From: the human T2T-CHM13v2.0 reference genome, Homo sapiens
NCBI RefSeq assembly: GCF_009914755.1
Contig: NC_060937.1
DNA length: 64,000 nt
Direction: 5' to 3' (one strand)
The translations under genes were made by a program, and so were the position numbers. The notes under the pieces were generated by a model, which saw only the letters and a list, made by a program, of their open reading frames with translations, was not told where the DNA came from and searched no databases. Below are positions 14,634 to 28,172 of this stretch, in pieces; the stretch's first letter is position 1; each line of letters opens with the position of its first letter.

Positions 14634-16965
14634 TGATATGGTTTGGCCATGTCCCCACCCAAATCTCATCTTGAATTGTAGTTCCAATAATCCCCACGTG
14701 TCAAGGGAGAAACCCGGTAGCAGGTAATTAAATCATGGGGGTGGTTCCTCAGGCTGTTCTTATGATAGTGAGTGAGTCCTCGCGAGATCTGATGGTTTTG
14801 TAAGGGGCTTTTCTCTCTTTATTCAGTATTTCTCCTTCTTGCTGCCATGTGAACAAGGACGTGTTTGCTTCCCCATCTGCCATGAATGTAAGCTTCCTGA
14901 GACATTCCCAGCCTCAGGACTGTGATTCAATTAAACCTCTTTCCTTTATAAATTACCCAGTTTGGGGTGCGTCTTTATTAGCAGTGTGAGAACAAACTGA
15001 TGCAGTAAATTAGTACCAAGGGAGTGGGGCTATAAGGATACCCAAAAATATGGAAACCACTTTGGAACTGGGTAACAAGAACAGGTTGGAACAATTCGGA
15101 GGGCTCAGAAGAAGACAAGAAAACTTGGAAAAGTTTGGAACTTTCTAGAGACTTGGAGGGCTCAGAAGATAGGAAGATGTGGGAAAATTTGGAACTTCCT
15201 AGAAACTTGTTGAATGGCTTTGACCAAAATGCTGATAGTGATATGGACAGTGAAGTGGTCATCTCAGATGAAGATGAGGAACTTGTTGGGAACTGGAGCA
15301 AAGGTGACTCTTGCTATGCTTCAGCAAGGAGACTGGCAGCTTTTTGCCCCTGACCTAGAGATCTGTGGAACTTTGAACCTGAGAGAGATGATTTAGGGTA
15401 TCTGGCAGAATAAATTTCTAAGCAACAAGGCATTCAAGAGTAATCAGAGCATAAAAGTTTAAAAAATTGCAGCCTGAAGACGCAATAAAAAAGAAAAACC
15501 CATTTTCTGGAGAGAAATTCAAGCACACTGCAGGAATTTGCATAAGTAACAAGAAGCCAAATGTGAATCACCAAGAAAATGGGGAAAATGTCTCCAGGAC
15601 ATGTCAGAGACCTTCATGTCAGCCGCTCCCATCACAAGCCTGAAGGCCTAAAATGAAAAAATGCCTTATTGAACCAAAACCAGGGCCCCCTTGCTCTGTG
15701 CAGCTTCAAGACATGGTGCCCTGAGTCCCAACTGGCTCAATGCCAGCTGTGACTAAACGGGGCCAAGGTACAGCTCAGTCTGTTGCTTCAGACAGTGCAA
15801 GCCCCAAGCCTTGGCAGCTTCCACGTGGTGTTGGGCCAGTGGATGCACAGAAGACAAGATTGGAGGTTTCGGAACCTCTGCCTAGGTTTCAGAGGATGTA
15901 TGGAAATGCTGGGATATCCAGGGAGAAGTTTGCTACAGGCATGGAGCCCTCATGAAGAACTCTGCTAGGGCAGTGTGGAAAGGAAATGTGGGGTCAGAGC
16001 CCCCACACAGAGTCCCCACTGGGGCACTGCCTATTGAAGCTTTGAGAAGAGGGCCACCCTCCTTCAGATCCCAGAATGGTAGATCCACCAAACAGCTTGC
16101 ACCGTGCATCTGGAAAGGCTGCAGGAACTCAATGCCAGCCTATGAAAGCAGCGGGGAGGGGGACTGTACCCTGCAAAGCCACAGGGGTGGAGCTGCCCAA
16201 GGCTGTGGGAGCCCACCTCTTGCACCAATATGACCTGGACGTGAAACGTGGAGTCAAAGATCATTTTGGAACTTTAAGGTTTAATGACTGCCCTATTGGA
16301 TTTTGGACTGGCATGGGGCCTGTGGCCTCTCTGTTTTTGCCAATTTCTCCCAATTGATATGGATGTATTTACCCATTGCCTGTACCCTCATTGTATCTAG
16401 TAAGTAACTAACTCGCTTTTGATTTTACAGGCCCATAGCTGAAAGGGTATTGCCTTGTCTCAGATGAGACTTTGGACTTGGACTTTGTAGTTAATGCTGG
16501 AATGAGTTAAGACTTTGAGGGACTGATGGGAGGGCATGATTGCGTTTTGAAATGTGAGGACATGAGACTTGAAAGAGGGCAGGGATGAAATGATATAGTT
16601 TGGCGTGTCCACACCCACATCTCATCTTGAGTGTAATTCCTATTATCCCCATGTGTTGTGGGAGGGACCCGGTGGGAAGTAATTGAATCATGGGGCTGGT
16701 TACCCTCATGCTGCTGTTTTCATGATAGCAAATGAGTTCTCATAAGATCTGATGGTATTACAAGGGGCTTTCCCCTCTTTGCTCAGCACTTCTCCTTCCT
16801 GTTGCCATGTGAAGAACGACGTGTTTGTTTCCCCTTCCACCATGATGTAAGTTTCCTGAGGCCTCCCAAGCCACGCTGAACTGTGAGTCAATTAAACCTC
16901 TTTTCTTTATAAATTACCCAGTCTCAGGTAAGTCTTTATTAGCAGAGTGAGAATGGACTAATATA
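14634..16965 (+). mobile_element. Full-length THE1 (THE1C-like) MaLR provirus: 5' LTR 14634-15004, internal 15005-16590, 3' LTR 16591-16965
   Basis: Two direct LTRs beginning tgatat(g/a)gtttggc and ending aactgatgca / gactaatata; polypurine tract 16571-16590; 5-bp TSD cttgg/cctgg; internal frames broken by stops. Confidence 0.96.
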
Positions 16966-17780
16966 CCTGGTAAAGGCTGATTTTAAGAAATTCAAGCTAA
17001 TATAAAAAAACTGTATATATGTGACATGTTTCACTAACTTCTTTGTTAACAATAATGCAAATATCTAAAAGGTTTCACATATTTGCTCAGAATGCTAAAA
17101 ATCATAGTGTATTATATAAAAATATAAGTGTTTTGACCATTGTGCATAAGTATTCAATAAACATTTTGAAATCTATATACTTTTATAATTTGAAAATAAC
17201 CTTTGTCTAAGTTAGTTCAATTTTCATTTTATCTTGTAAAAATTTTAAAGATATAAGAAAAAGATATATTATGGATGAAATAATAACTTAAAAAAATCAG
17301 GTACTATAAGCAATTATTTCTGCACTATGGCAAATATTCAAATCTGCTCTCACATACTTTACACAATGGCCATTTCTGAATCCAAACCTAAAATAATCCT
17401 TCTTAGGTCTCCTTTCTCTGTGCAGGAAAATAAAGTCATTGGCCTTTAGATGTTGTGTATCTCAAAACAGATGATATTTTAGGATATCTAAAAGACAGTT
17501 TTATGGTAGGTAATTCCCTAATTCCAAACTGAAGCCAACTCATTATTTTTCAAAACCCTTCCCCATCACTGTCAAAACAAGAACAAAGGTTTTATTACTC
17601 TCAGTTGTTCATTTTCTTTTAAAACTAACTGGGACTTTCATATTAAAAAAATTGTTGTTTTAAACTTACTCATACACATTGTACACATTTATTGTGTGTG
17701 TAAGCATAATGACCTTTTGTTTGCCATTTGTAACAATAAACAGACACTTAAAAAAATTCTCTAACTTCATTGTAGGACCA

Positions 17781-19600
17781 CGTCTTGGACTCTTCTGGCT
17801 GCTATAACCAAGTATCATAAATTGCACAGCTTCATTAAAAACAGAAATTTATTTCTTATAGTTCTGGAGGCTAAAAGGTTTGCGATCAAGGCACCAGGAA
17901 ATTTGGAGTCTGGTGTGGATCCTTACCTAGGTTCACAGAAAAGCATGTCATATTTCACCTACATCTTCCCATGTTGGAAGGAGAAAGGGGTTTTCCTTGG
18001 GCTTCTTTTGTAAGTGCAGTAATCCCATTCATGAGGGCTCCACCATAATCACCTTCTAAAAGCCCCACCACTTAATACTATCACTTTGGAAAATCAAATT
18101 TTTATACATATTTTGAGGGGACATGAACATTCAGACCACAGCATTCTGTCCCTAGCCCTCAAAATTCATGTCTTTCTCACAAGCAAGGACATTCGTTCCA
18201 TCCCAGTAGCCCCAAAAGTCTTAACTTGGTCCAACATCAACTCAATAGTTCAAAGTCCAAAATCTCATCTAAATATCATCTAAGTTAGGTATGAATGAGA
18301 CTCAAGGTAAGATTCATTTTGAGGCAAATTGTTCCCTAGCTGTGAACCTATGAAATCAAACAAGTTATGTGCTTCCAAAATACAATGATGGGACAGGCAC
18401 AGAACATGCATCCCCATTCTAAAACATAGAAACAGGAAAGAGGAAAGGGGAAAGAGGCCCTAAGTCCACAGCCCAACAGAGAAAACATTATAGCATAAGT
18501 CTCAATAACAATCTTCTTCGGTTTGATGCTCTGCCCTTCCAACCCACTTTGGGGAAAAGTCCCTTCTGAGCACCCTGGGTGGTACTCCCTTAGCTTTGCC
18601 CCCCAGAGTTTGGACCTCCAAGGCTCTGGGAACCCCTGGCTACATGACTTTGCCAGATGCAACTTACAATGCAGCTCTCATGGATTGGAGATGTGTGCCT
18701 GTGGATCTTCCAGCCAAGAATTTTATGCCCGTGGCTCTCCAGGTCTGAGGTCTCAGGGGCAGCCCTACTCTTGTGGCTCTGCTGGGCATTGGCCTATTAG
18801 AAGTTCACTGTGGTGGCTCTGCCCCCCTAACAATTCCCTGCCAGAGTTCACCAGAACTGAATCTGGGGCTACCAAGGTGCATGGTAACAGAGTAAGGGAG
18901 GTAGATCCACAATGTGAAGCAGCACGGGGTCGTGGTGGTCCCTTCTTTAAATTGGAAACCACCCTGCTGCCCCGACTTTTGCATTTTGGGTCTGCGATAG
19001 GGGTGGCAGTTCTGATAGTTTTTGAATTGCTTTTAGGATTATCCTTCCATGGTCTGGGACAACAGGTTCTAGATTCTGTTAAATGACTGAGTAATTCTGT
19101 TAGATTGTCCTTTGGTCACACCCTTGGTCTTCTCTTGCAAAGATACTTCCTCATTTTTTACAATATGGATAGACTAAGAATTTTCCAGATATTTAAGTTT
19201 TGCTTTCCTTTTGATTAACAATTCCATCCTCTAATAATTTTTCTCTTCTCCCATTTTACTAGGAGCAGCAAAGAGGAAGGAGGCTACTCTTTCAAAGTGT
19301 TGTTTAGAAAGTGCTGCAGCCAAATATACAATTTCATCACTCACAAGTTCTACCTTCCCCAAAATATCAGGACAGGAACACAACTCAGCCAAGTTATGTG
19401 ACACTTCATAACAAAGATAGACTTTTCTCCATTTTCCAATCCCATTCTCCCCAGTAGGATCTGGGAACACATCAGAATGGTCTTCACCACCCATATTTCT
19501 ACCAATAGCTATTAATGATGACTTAGGTGGTATCTAAGCTTGAGGCTTTCCCTACTCTCCTTTTTTACTTTCTGAGTCCTTTCCAGAATTGCCAATCAAG
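17781..19600 (-). mobile_element. MaLR (MLT1A0/MSTD-like) 3' LTR (17781-18143) plus internal region; 5' LTR not seen
   Basis: Reverse LTR motifs cagaaatttatttcttatagttctggaggct and aacattcagaccacagca, then MaLR internal motifs ccccaaaagtcttaact, caaagtccaaaatctcatct, ttccaaaatacaatgatgggacaggc. Confidence 0.85.
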
Positions 19601-20799
19601 ACCCATAATTAAATGGACTAGAACAAAACATTTATTATTTTAAAATATCAACTCTGAACTAATCCAAACATTTGTTTATGTTATTCATACATAACATAAA
19701 ATATATTTATTTTTTATTGAGTTAAATATATTCTAAAGTTCTAAACATTTTTGTTAATACTGTAAAATGTTCAAAATTGACTTCCTTGGGTCATATTATT
19801 AAAATCTCTGCTTTCTACTCACATTCTCACTCTGATAAGAACATTAATATTATACAATTGCAAAACTATATATTTTACCCCCTCTGACAGGCCACCTTGG
19901 GGCCTCTTGGGGTTTGCTTGCCTTCTGTCAGAGCGAGAAAGCTTTGCCGGCAAGAAGCAATGGAACTGAGGCTGGAGTGGGGCATGAATGAAAGCCAGCC
20001 CTCTGCTTCCTTGTGAAATCAAAAAACTGTGGTTTTCCCCTTTTTTTTTGCACTTATACAGCATTGCCCTTTGTTAACAATCTTTCTCCTGATTTTCCTT
20101 TGTTTAATCATTGCTTATTTCCCATCAACACCAACTTACATAAACTTGGAATTGGTGTTCCACCACTGGGAAATATTTACTAAACTCATGGCTAATGATG
20201 GTCTCTTATTTTTCTTTTTAATCTTACAGCACTCACTGAAACAACTCTCTATAAAGATACTTTCAGCTAATTCCTAGAGATGAAGAATCTGAGTATCAGA
20301 AAATTTAAGTGACTTGTCCAATGTCATGCAAAATATTTAAATATTTGCATTTGATCTATAACCCATTTAAACATTATGAGGTACATAAAAGTATACTGTA
20401 AATGATAAATTATCATGCAGTTGTATAACCAAAGTGTCAACTGGAGCTTCATTCCTTCTCTGGAAACTCAAATGTGCTTGGTTCACACACTCAATTTTAA
20501 AGTCTTTGAAGTACAGAGCTTCCTGTAATTTCTGCTAATTACCAGCACTTTCCCTCTAATGACGTATTCTGCATCAGGCTCCTGCTTCAACATGTGCTGT
20601 TCTGAAACAGCCAGTGTTGACTCAAATTCAGAATCACATTAGATTATCCCCCAAAATGTCATTCACCCAAAAGCAATAGGGAACCTCGCAAATTTTACTG
20701 AAAAGGTTACAAAAGCAGAGTGGTTTTAACCCCAAAGTTCACAACATAGAATTGCTATGAGACAGTCCAGTTCTCCTAAAAGTAGTTTCTAAGTTGCCC

Positions 20800-21005
20800 C
20801 ATTACCAATTGGTAACTATTCAGCAACTGGGTCTCCTGGGGAAAAAACACCCTTATTTGTAGAGTCTGCCAATTAATGTGGTGTAAATATTCCACTGTAG
20901 TCATTTTCAAACTATCAATGACATCACTGAACTCAGAGCTGGAATTGAGAAAACAAGTGAGTAACTGGATCTTGCAAGCCATTGTGGACTAACTCCAGCA
21001 CATTG
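20800..21005. mobile_element. hAT DNA transposon remnant (MER63-like)
   Basis: tttgtagagtctgccaattaatgtggtgtaaatattcc...gacatcactgaactcagagctgg...ctccagcaca resembles recalled MER63 consensus. Confidence 0.55.
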
Positions 21006-21319
21006 CAGCCCATTACCAGAGAACTTTCTCAGTGAGCTTCTTCAATGCATGTCCCAGCCTCTCTTACTTCACTGGTCTTGCCCTGAATCATCACTACTAG
21101 CCTCATCCCTGGAGAACTTTAAAGTATTTCTTCCCTTGAATATGAAGCCTCTTAGCTTTTTTACACTCTATGACAGGTCTAAAACCTGTCCAACAAGTTC
21201 TTTGATTCACCTCCCTCACATGGGTAGAGACTCAATCAATCTTAGTAACTCTCTTGTGATCAGTAAACTGCAGCAGAAATGTCTCATTGTAACTTCCAAA
21301 ACTAGTTATAAATAAGCCA

Positions 21320-21670
21320 CACATTTCTGCCTTAGACTCTCTTGGGACATTCTTTCAGGTATATGCCAGCCACTGGAAGAAATTCTAAAATCCTGAAACT
21401 GCTGTGCTACAAAGACACATGGAGGTGATCCACTTGTCATCCCCGGCTGAGTTCCCAGCCAACAGCCACCATTCACCACCAGCCACATGAAGAAGCCATA
21501 GGATGGCCAGTTTAAATAGACTCCACATAATTGCAGCACTAGCCAACATCTGCCAGACACACAGGAAAACTTCCAATTCTGCCCTGCCTAGCCCTTTCCA
21601 ATTTCCTTCCTCAACAATTATAAGCAAAAGAAAATGTGTTTTTTTCTTTAAGCTACTAAGTTTGACCTTC
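21320..21670 (+). mobile_element. Old MLT1 (G/H-like) LTR fragment
   Basis: ccccggctgagttcccagccaacagccacc...cagccacatg...tttaagctactaagttt. Confidence 0.65.
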
Positions 21671-24600
21671 TTTCTAACTTACCCAAACTCATAAGAAAAT
21701 GAGGTTGGGGTTATTGAGAGCAAGTATTTCTCTTGGTAATATCATATCCCTTCTTGAGAAAATGCAGAATAAAGAACAAGTTTAAAATGTGGTGAAGAAA
21801 AGTCAGCTGTAAAAAAGATCAAGTTTCTAATTTTGAAACTGGTATGATTTCACAGGGCAGCCTTAAATACCTTCTTTGACAAACCTAGATATGCTCCCTA
21901 TTTCCCACCCCAGGTTTCTGCTCAACCAAATCCTTTACCCTATCTAAATGTTTCCCAGGAGTAAGGAAGAGGATACAAATGATAGGATGAATTCTACTGC
22001 AATTGCTTAGGCAGAGATATGACAGGGAATGAATGGGGATGATAATACACAATTACTTTTTTTTTTTTTTTGTGGCTGGAGAATCCTAGACCAGATAATG
22101 CAAGAAGGCTCTTCCAGCTTGAGAATTCACTGACTCACTTTCTTCTTCATAGATTTTCTGGTACTAAGTTTTTCAACCTTTGCTTTCCTGAATTCTATCT
22201 GAAGTTTTTATAAAGTTTTGAATTGACATTGCTTTCCATCTTCATTCACAAAGATATTTCCTTTTGTTCTAACTGTAGAACTAATCCCAGTCTGTAAAAC
22301 ACCCAGACTAATGGAGACGAAAATTCTCTTGTGTTGCTTAAGGAGAACTGAGTTGCACATAGAATGCCATCCACAAGGGGCAAGAATACCAGCATGACTA
22401 CCCACAATCTTTCATCTAATATGGCATACATTTAAACTGGAATCAGGCCAGGTCCTACTGTTACCACTTTAACCAGGGACCATAAACCAGTGTGTGAAGA
22501 GTGAGGAGTCACATATTTGTGTGGTAACACTGTGCCTGCAGGATGCTTGTGATAAGTGGCAGAAGCTTCATTACCATAAAATGACAATGAGAAATTAATT
22601 CTAATTATCCTGATCATTGAACATTTAAACGAAAATGAAGACACTAAAGGTAACTAATTGCTAGGAAGGCCATTGCTGAAGATGAATTATGAAAGATTTT
22701 AAACAAAGACGTTGTAAAACAATGGGTTCCAACTGCCCAAATCTTGTCAGTTTGTTTATTTGTACTGATCACATGGAATTTACACACCAGAAAATTGGGA
22801 ATGATTTGGTTGTTAAAAGAATGTGAAAAAGGTTCTGTGGAGAAGTGCACCCTCATTTATGTTTCTGAAAATAAGAAGTCACAGTTAATTATTTCTAAAC
22901 TAGTAACTTTATCAATTTTCAGACCCAAATATAAATTAGAAACAAAGAATATGAAGAATGGGAGAGTTACATAGGAAACTTACTTCTGAATAATTGTCAG
23001 CTTCATGAATGTAATTTCACTGAACAGTTAAATAGAGCAGTTCTGGAAATATCATCATTTAAAAAGATGGCAATGGAAAAAGAAGAAATGATAATCTAAT
23101 TAAATGACTCTGTAATTAGTAAACAAGTTAGGAAAATATAATTTTACTGACCAGAAAACCTAAATTTGGTAATCTTTTCATACTCTAGAAGAGTAATGCT
23201 CTTATTTGCATTTCCCCAACCTGTTCTTCAGAAGTAACTCAAGAATTACATTTTCATCTTCAAGAAAATGAAAGAAGGCTTGACTAAGCAAAAGTTGTGT
23301 TATTCAACAGCTAAGCAGTAAGATAAAAAGGTGAACTTTTGGAAATTTGGTATGCATCAGTTCAAACGTATTTCCTACCTGAATCCAAACAGCTTTCACA
23401 TTGTAAAGATTCAGGCTCATGCAGAAACTTGTTTGTGAAATAAATTAAAACAAAATAAAACAAAACAAAAGCAGCTGCTCTTTATTGGGATATATCTCAG
23501 CACATTGCATTGCTGAATTTAGGTTGAGCAAAAAGTCAAATATTGGAACTGTTAATAAGCATTATGTTTATTTGAAATTACCTGTGAGCTAAGTTGATTA
23601 GGGATCCCTTGCTTTGAATTTAACGAATTATTTATTTCTTTTAAACTGACAAGAAATAGCTGCATTTTCACTAAGGTCTATGTCAAATTCTTGAGTTCAA
23701 ATGCTTTTTATACATAAACTTTATGTTTTTGATACCACCCTCGCTAGGATTCTTGCATTACTTCCTGGTTACTTGTAAAACCGAGACTCATCTAGTTATA
23801 TTATTTGAAGTTAATAAACCACTGAAGGACCTTCAAATATTGTTTATGATTCACTAACAGTGATTCCCTCTTTCCAAGTCACTGCATTTTGCACTGGCCG
23901 ATTCAAATATCCACACTCCTTACCGTTAGTTGAAACAAATGAAAACAACATGTGTAAAAAAGCTATGGAACATCAGCAATACAATGTATTTCAACCACGA
24001 GTATGAAGGAAGGGGCCATTTCTATCTTGTCTACTATTGCATTTGGAGTATATTAGTTATAGTCTAAAATCATATACAAAATTATCAATAATTGCTTCTT
24101 AATAAATGAAGTCTCAGTTCATTGTCCCAGTGTTGTTTATTTCTTATGTTACTCTTTCATTTATTCATTTAATTCTTTACTTAGACACTCAATCAGGCAA
24201 CAAACATATATCTCTTGAGTGGGCATGGCCAGTCAATTACAAAAGAAATTTATTACATTTGAAGAGCTGCATTATCAGGGATCATCAATACAATGCTCAG
24301 TCAAGTACGAATAGAATATCTTAGCCTACAAAAGTGAAGTGAACCAAGATTCCAGTTAGAACCTGATCTGCCGGAGCAGAATATCCAACTGAGTCCAACG
24401 TGGGGCATTTTCATCATTTTAACAATATCATACCTATCTGCAAATGGGCTAAATAGTGATATGAGACAGATCTACACAAGATTTAGTTAACTCCACTTTC
24501 AGGCAGGGTCAGCAAAGAAGTTCAAGAGAAGTTGGTGCCTGGGACAAAGGCATAAACATGAGTCTGTGCTCCTGATTTAGAGTGTAAGGTCTTCAGTTGA

Positions 24601-24877
24601 ATCCAGCCTTTGTAGGCAATATTTATTCATGTGATTGCATTTTTATGTGGTTTTTCCTGTTCCACATCTTCACCACCTGGAAAAACTAAGAAAAGGCAGA
24701 GTCTTGCTCATGATGACTTAAAAGCCTGGGTGCAGAGAAAACAGATTTTTCTGGGATCTCCTTGACTCTACTACTATAGCTGGAGGAGTTGGGCCTAACC
24801 CAGGGATAAGTGGAAGAGTTAGCGCACACTTCTATTGCATGCCGGGCTCTATGGTAGGCACTGAAGATGCGGCATTA

Positions 24878-25577
<700 letters not shown>

Positions 25578-25844
25578 TTAAGTAAACTCCAGAGTAACTG
25601 ACATAGAAAAAGAGGCTAATAGAAATTGTAGGACTAAGGAAGAAATTTGATCGCAACTTCTGACAGGCTCTGAAGGTGCCTGTCCTTAAAAGAACAATAC
25701 TTTTAAGTGTTTAGGCATTAGCTATAGAAGAAAATATCCCAAATCTAGGTGGAGAATTCAAAGAAGAATGGCTACTAAGTGGTGAAACATATATTTGAAC
25801 CTAGGTTTTCAAGCAACATTCTCTATTCTGTCTTTATAAGCAAA

Positions 25845-26060
25845 GCTGCAGTCTCTGGAGTCAGACAAGCTTGTTTCTAAGCTCCTGCTTCTCCTCTCAC
25901 TGGCTATGTGGGTTTGTCAATATTACTTAAAATTTTTTGGTATATGTTTCCTCAGCTCTAAGAAGACACAATTATAATTACTTACACAACTGCTATGATA
26001 AATGTCTGCCTAGTCTAAATAATTTAACATAAGATCTAGTCTATACTAAGTGCTCCAAAA
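25845..26060 (+). mobile_element. MIR
   Basis: ctctggagtcagacaagcttg...ctcactggctatgtgg...gtttcctcagctctaa...ctaagtgctc. Confidence 0.65.
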
Positions 26061-26347
26061 ATGTGCTCCTGTCTTAATTTTTATGAAGTGGCATTGACAA
26101 TTGGCTGGAAGCTAACGGAACTAGAAGTATCCATAGATTTAATTAAATATTATCTATAATAGGCTTTGATGTTTTGTTAGCCCCAGGATCAATCTTCTTA
26201 TGGCAACAGGAAATTCACATATGGCTTGAGGGAACGCACCATCTCCTCTGCATAGGTCAAGCTGACTACATCTCCAGCCCCGGGAGATGGAGACAGGTGT
26301 GAACAGAAGGACTCTAAGAGGACATCATTTTCACAGACTTGGAGACA

Positions 26348-26876
26348 TGTAGCTGAGTTCAAAGCCCATACTGCTTGCCACACAACAGCAAATAAGTCAA
26401 GAGACAAGATGTTGCAGCAAGGAAGCTGACTTTATTTTGGAGGACAAGCAAACTGAGAAGATGGAAGATTAGTGTCCTAAAGAACCATCCTAATAGAATT
26501 TTAGGAACATTTAAGTTTGGGGAAGAGGAAAGAGGGAAGGAGTTGAAATCACGAGGCAACCAATGACCACATATATCTGGGCAGCAATGAGGGTCCAATG
26601 GAGTGGACTGTGAAGTTCTTCATCCTTGGTCAGGTCACAATGCTCTTATAATCTTTAACCTAATGTTCTTAATTATGTGTACGCCCTTCTTGTTTCCTCC
26701 GTGGTTAGTTTTGGGAAGGAATTATTACAAACCTTGCTTTAAAGTGAAACTATAAACTAAATTCCACCCGTAGCCAGCTTGGCCTACATGCAGAGATAAG
26801 CAAAACCCGTTAACCTAAAGGTGGGCTTAGGAGCAAAATGGGGCCAGTCATGCCGGGCCTCCTTTTCACTGCTTCA
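26348..26876 (-). mobile_element. ERV1-class solo LTR (subfamily uncertain)
   Basis: TG...CA bounded ~530 bp; gactttattt (reverse poly(A) signal), ggttagttttgggaagg and aactataaactaaattcc motifs seen in ERV1 LTRs. Confidence 0.7.
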
Positions 26877-27302
26877 ATGATGGAGCTTCAAAATCAGCAC
26901 TTTCCAAGTCTTTGGGCATCATGATTGGTTCTAAGGTGGGCTCTTTCACAAGTTAGTCTAACTCGGGGCTTTTGTGACCCCATTCTGGGGTTTCAGTTAT
27001 GTCCATCAGGAAGTGTCACCCTCTTTCTGAGTAGGAACTGGAGCTTAAGTATAGAGCTTACATAGATGAAGCTTAATCAATACATATAATATGAGTTAAA
27101 TTAGACTCTGATTATGATCTTTGAGGCCTTAGATAAGCCACTCTTGAGGATCTACTCCTGAACTGTTACTCATACATGCCAATAAAGTATCTTTTTATGC
27201 TTAAGGAAGATTGAGTTGGGCTTTCTCTCACATGTCACAGAAAACATCCTAACTCACTCATGGACGGCACACTCTGTAATTACTATTGGTCTTAATAAAT
27301 CA

Positions 27303-27617
27303 AGCTTCATCCGGGTTGGAAACCATCATTCTCAGCAAACTAACACAGGAACAGAAAACCAAACACCACATGTTCTCACTCACAGGTGGGAGTTGAACAA
27401 TGAGAACACAAGGACACAGGGAGGGGAACATCACACACTGGGGCCTGTCGGGGGGTGGGGGACTAGGGCAAGGATAGCATTAGGAGAAATACTTAATGTA
27501 GATGACAGGATGATGGGTGCAGCAAACCACCACGGCACGTGTATACCTATGTAACAAACCTGCATATTCTGCACACGTATCCCAGAAATTAAAGTATAAT
27601 AATAATAATAATAATAA
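27303..27617 (+). mobile_element. L1PA (about PA5-PA8) 3' end, 5'-truncated, with (AAT)n tail
   Basis: ggaaaccatcattctcagcaaact...catgttctcactc...gggtgcagcaaaccacc...gtatacctatgtaacaaacctgca; probable TSD aa(t/g)aaatca at 27294-27302 and 27618-27626. Confidence 0.93.
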
Positions 27618-27846
27618 AAGAAATCACATTATCTTTCTCTCATCTTATTCTTCATTGAATATGGTCCCAAAGTGGGCTGTGTACCCTAACCCACATTTGT
27701 TATTGCCCCCTTGCTGATTTCTCTGATTTGTTTTTCTTTTAAGTGGAATAATAGATTAAAATCATGCAGTAATAAATGAAATAGATTTATAGTGACATTT
27801 TAAACGGAATTACCATTATAATTGTCTTTAAGAAAAAGAATTCTAG

Positions 27847-28172
27847 GGCCGGGCGTGGTGGCTCACACCTGTAATCCTAGCACTTTGGGAGGCCAAGACG
27901 ATGGATCACCTGAGGTCAGGAGTTCGAGACCAACTTGAACGACAGGGTGAAACCCCATCCCTACTAAAAATACAAAAACTGGCCGGGCATGGTGACTGGC
28001 GCCTGTAATCGCAGATTCCCAGGAGGGTGAGGCAGGAGAATCACTTGAACCAGGGAGGCTGAGTTTGCAGTGAGCCTAGGTTGCACCATTGCACTCCAGT
28101 CTGGACCACAAAGTAAGACTGTTTCAAAACAAAACAAAACAAACAAACAACAACAACAACAAAAAAAAAAAC
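27847..28172 (+). mobile_element. Full-length AluS
   Basis: Complete dimer with CAAAA/CAA tail; perfect 15-bp TSD gaaaaagaattctag at 27832-27846 and 28173-28187. Confidence 0.96.

Noticed and set aside
15098-15210. ~55-bp tandem duplication in the THE1 internal region
   Set aside because: As I recall it is shared by many THE1 internal copies, so it is probably not locus-specific; a Dfam consensus check would confirm.
15135-16357. Several ORFs in the THE1 internal region
   Set aside because: Fragmented remnants of the MaLR internal frame, broken by stops and frameshifts; not an intact gene.
18523-19086. 187-aa ORF, the longest in the window
   Set aside because: It lies antisense within a decayed MaLR internal region and shows no recognisable domain.
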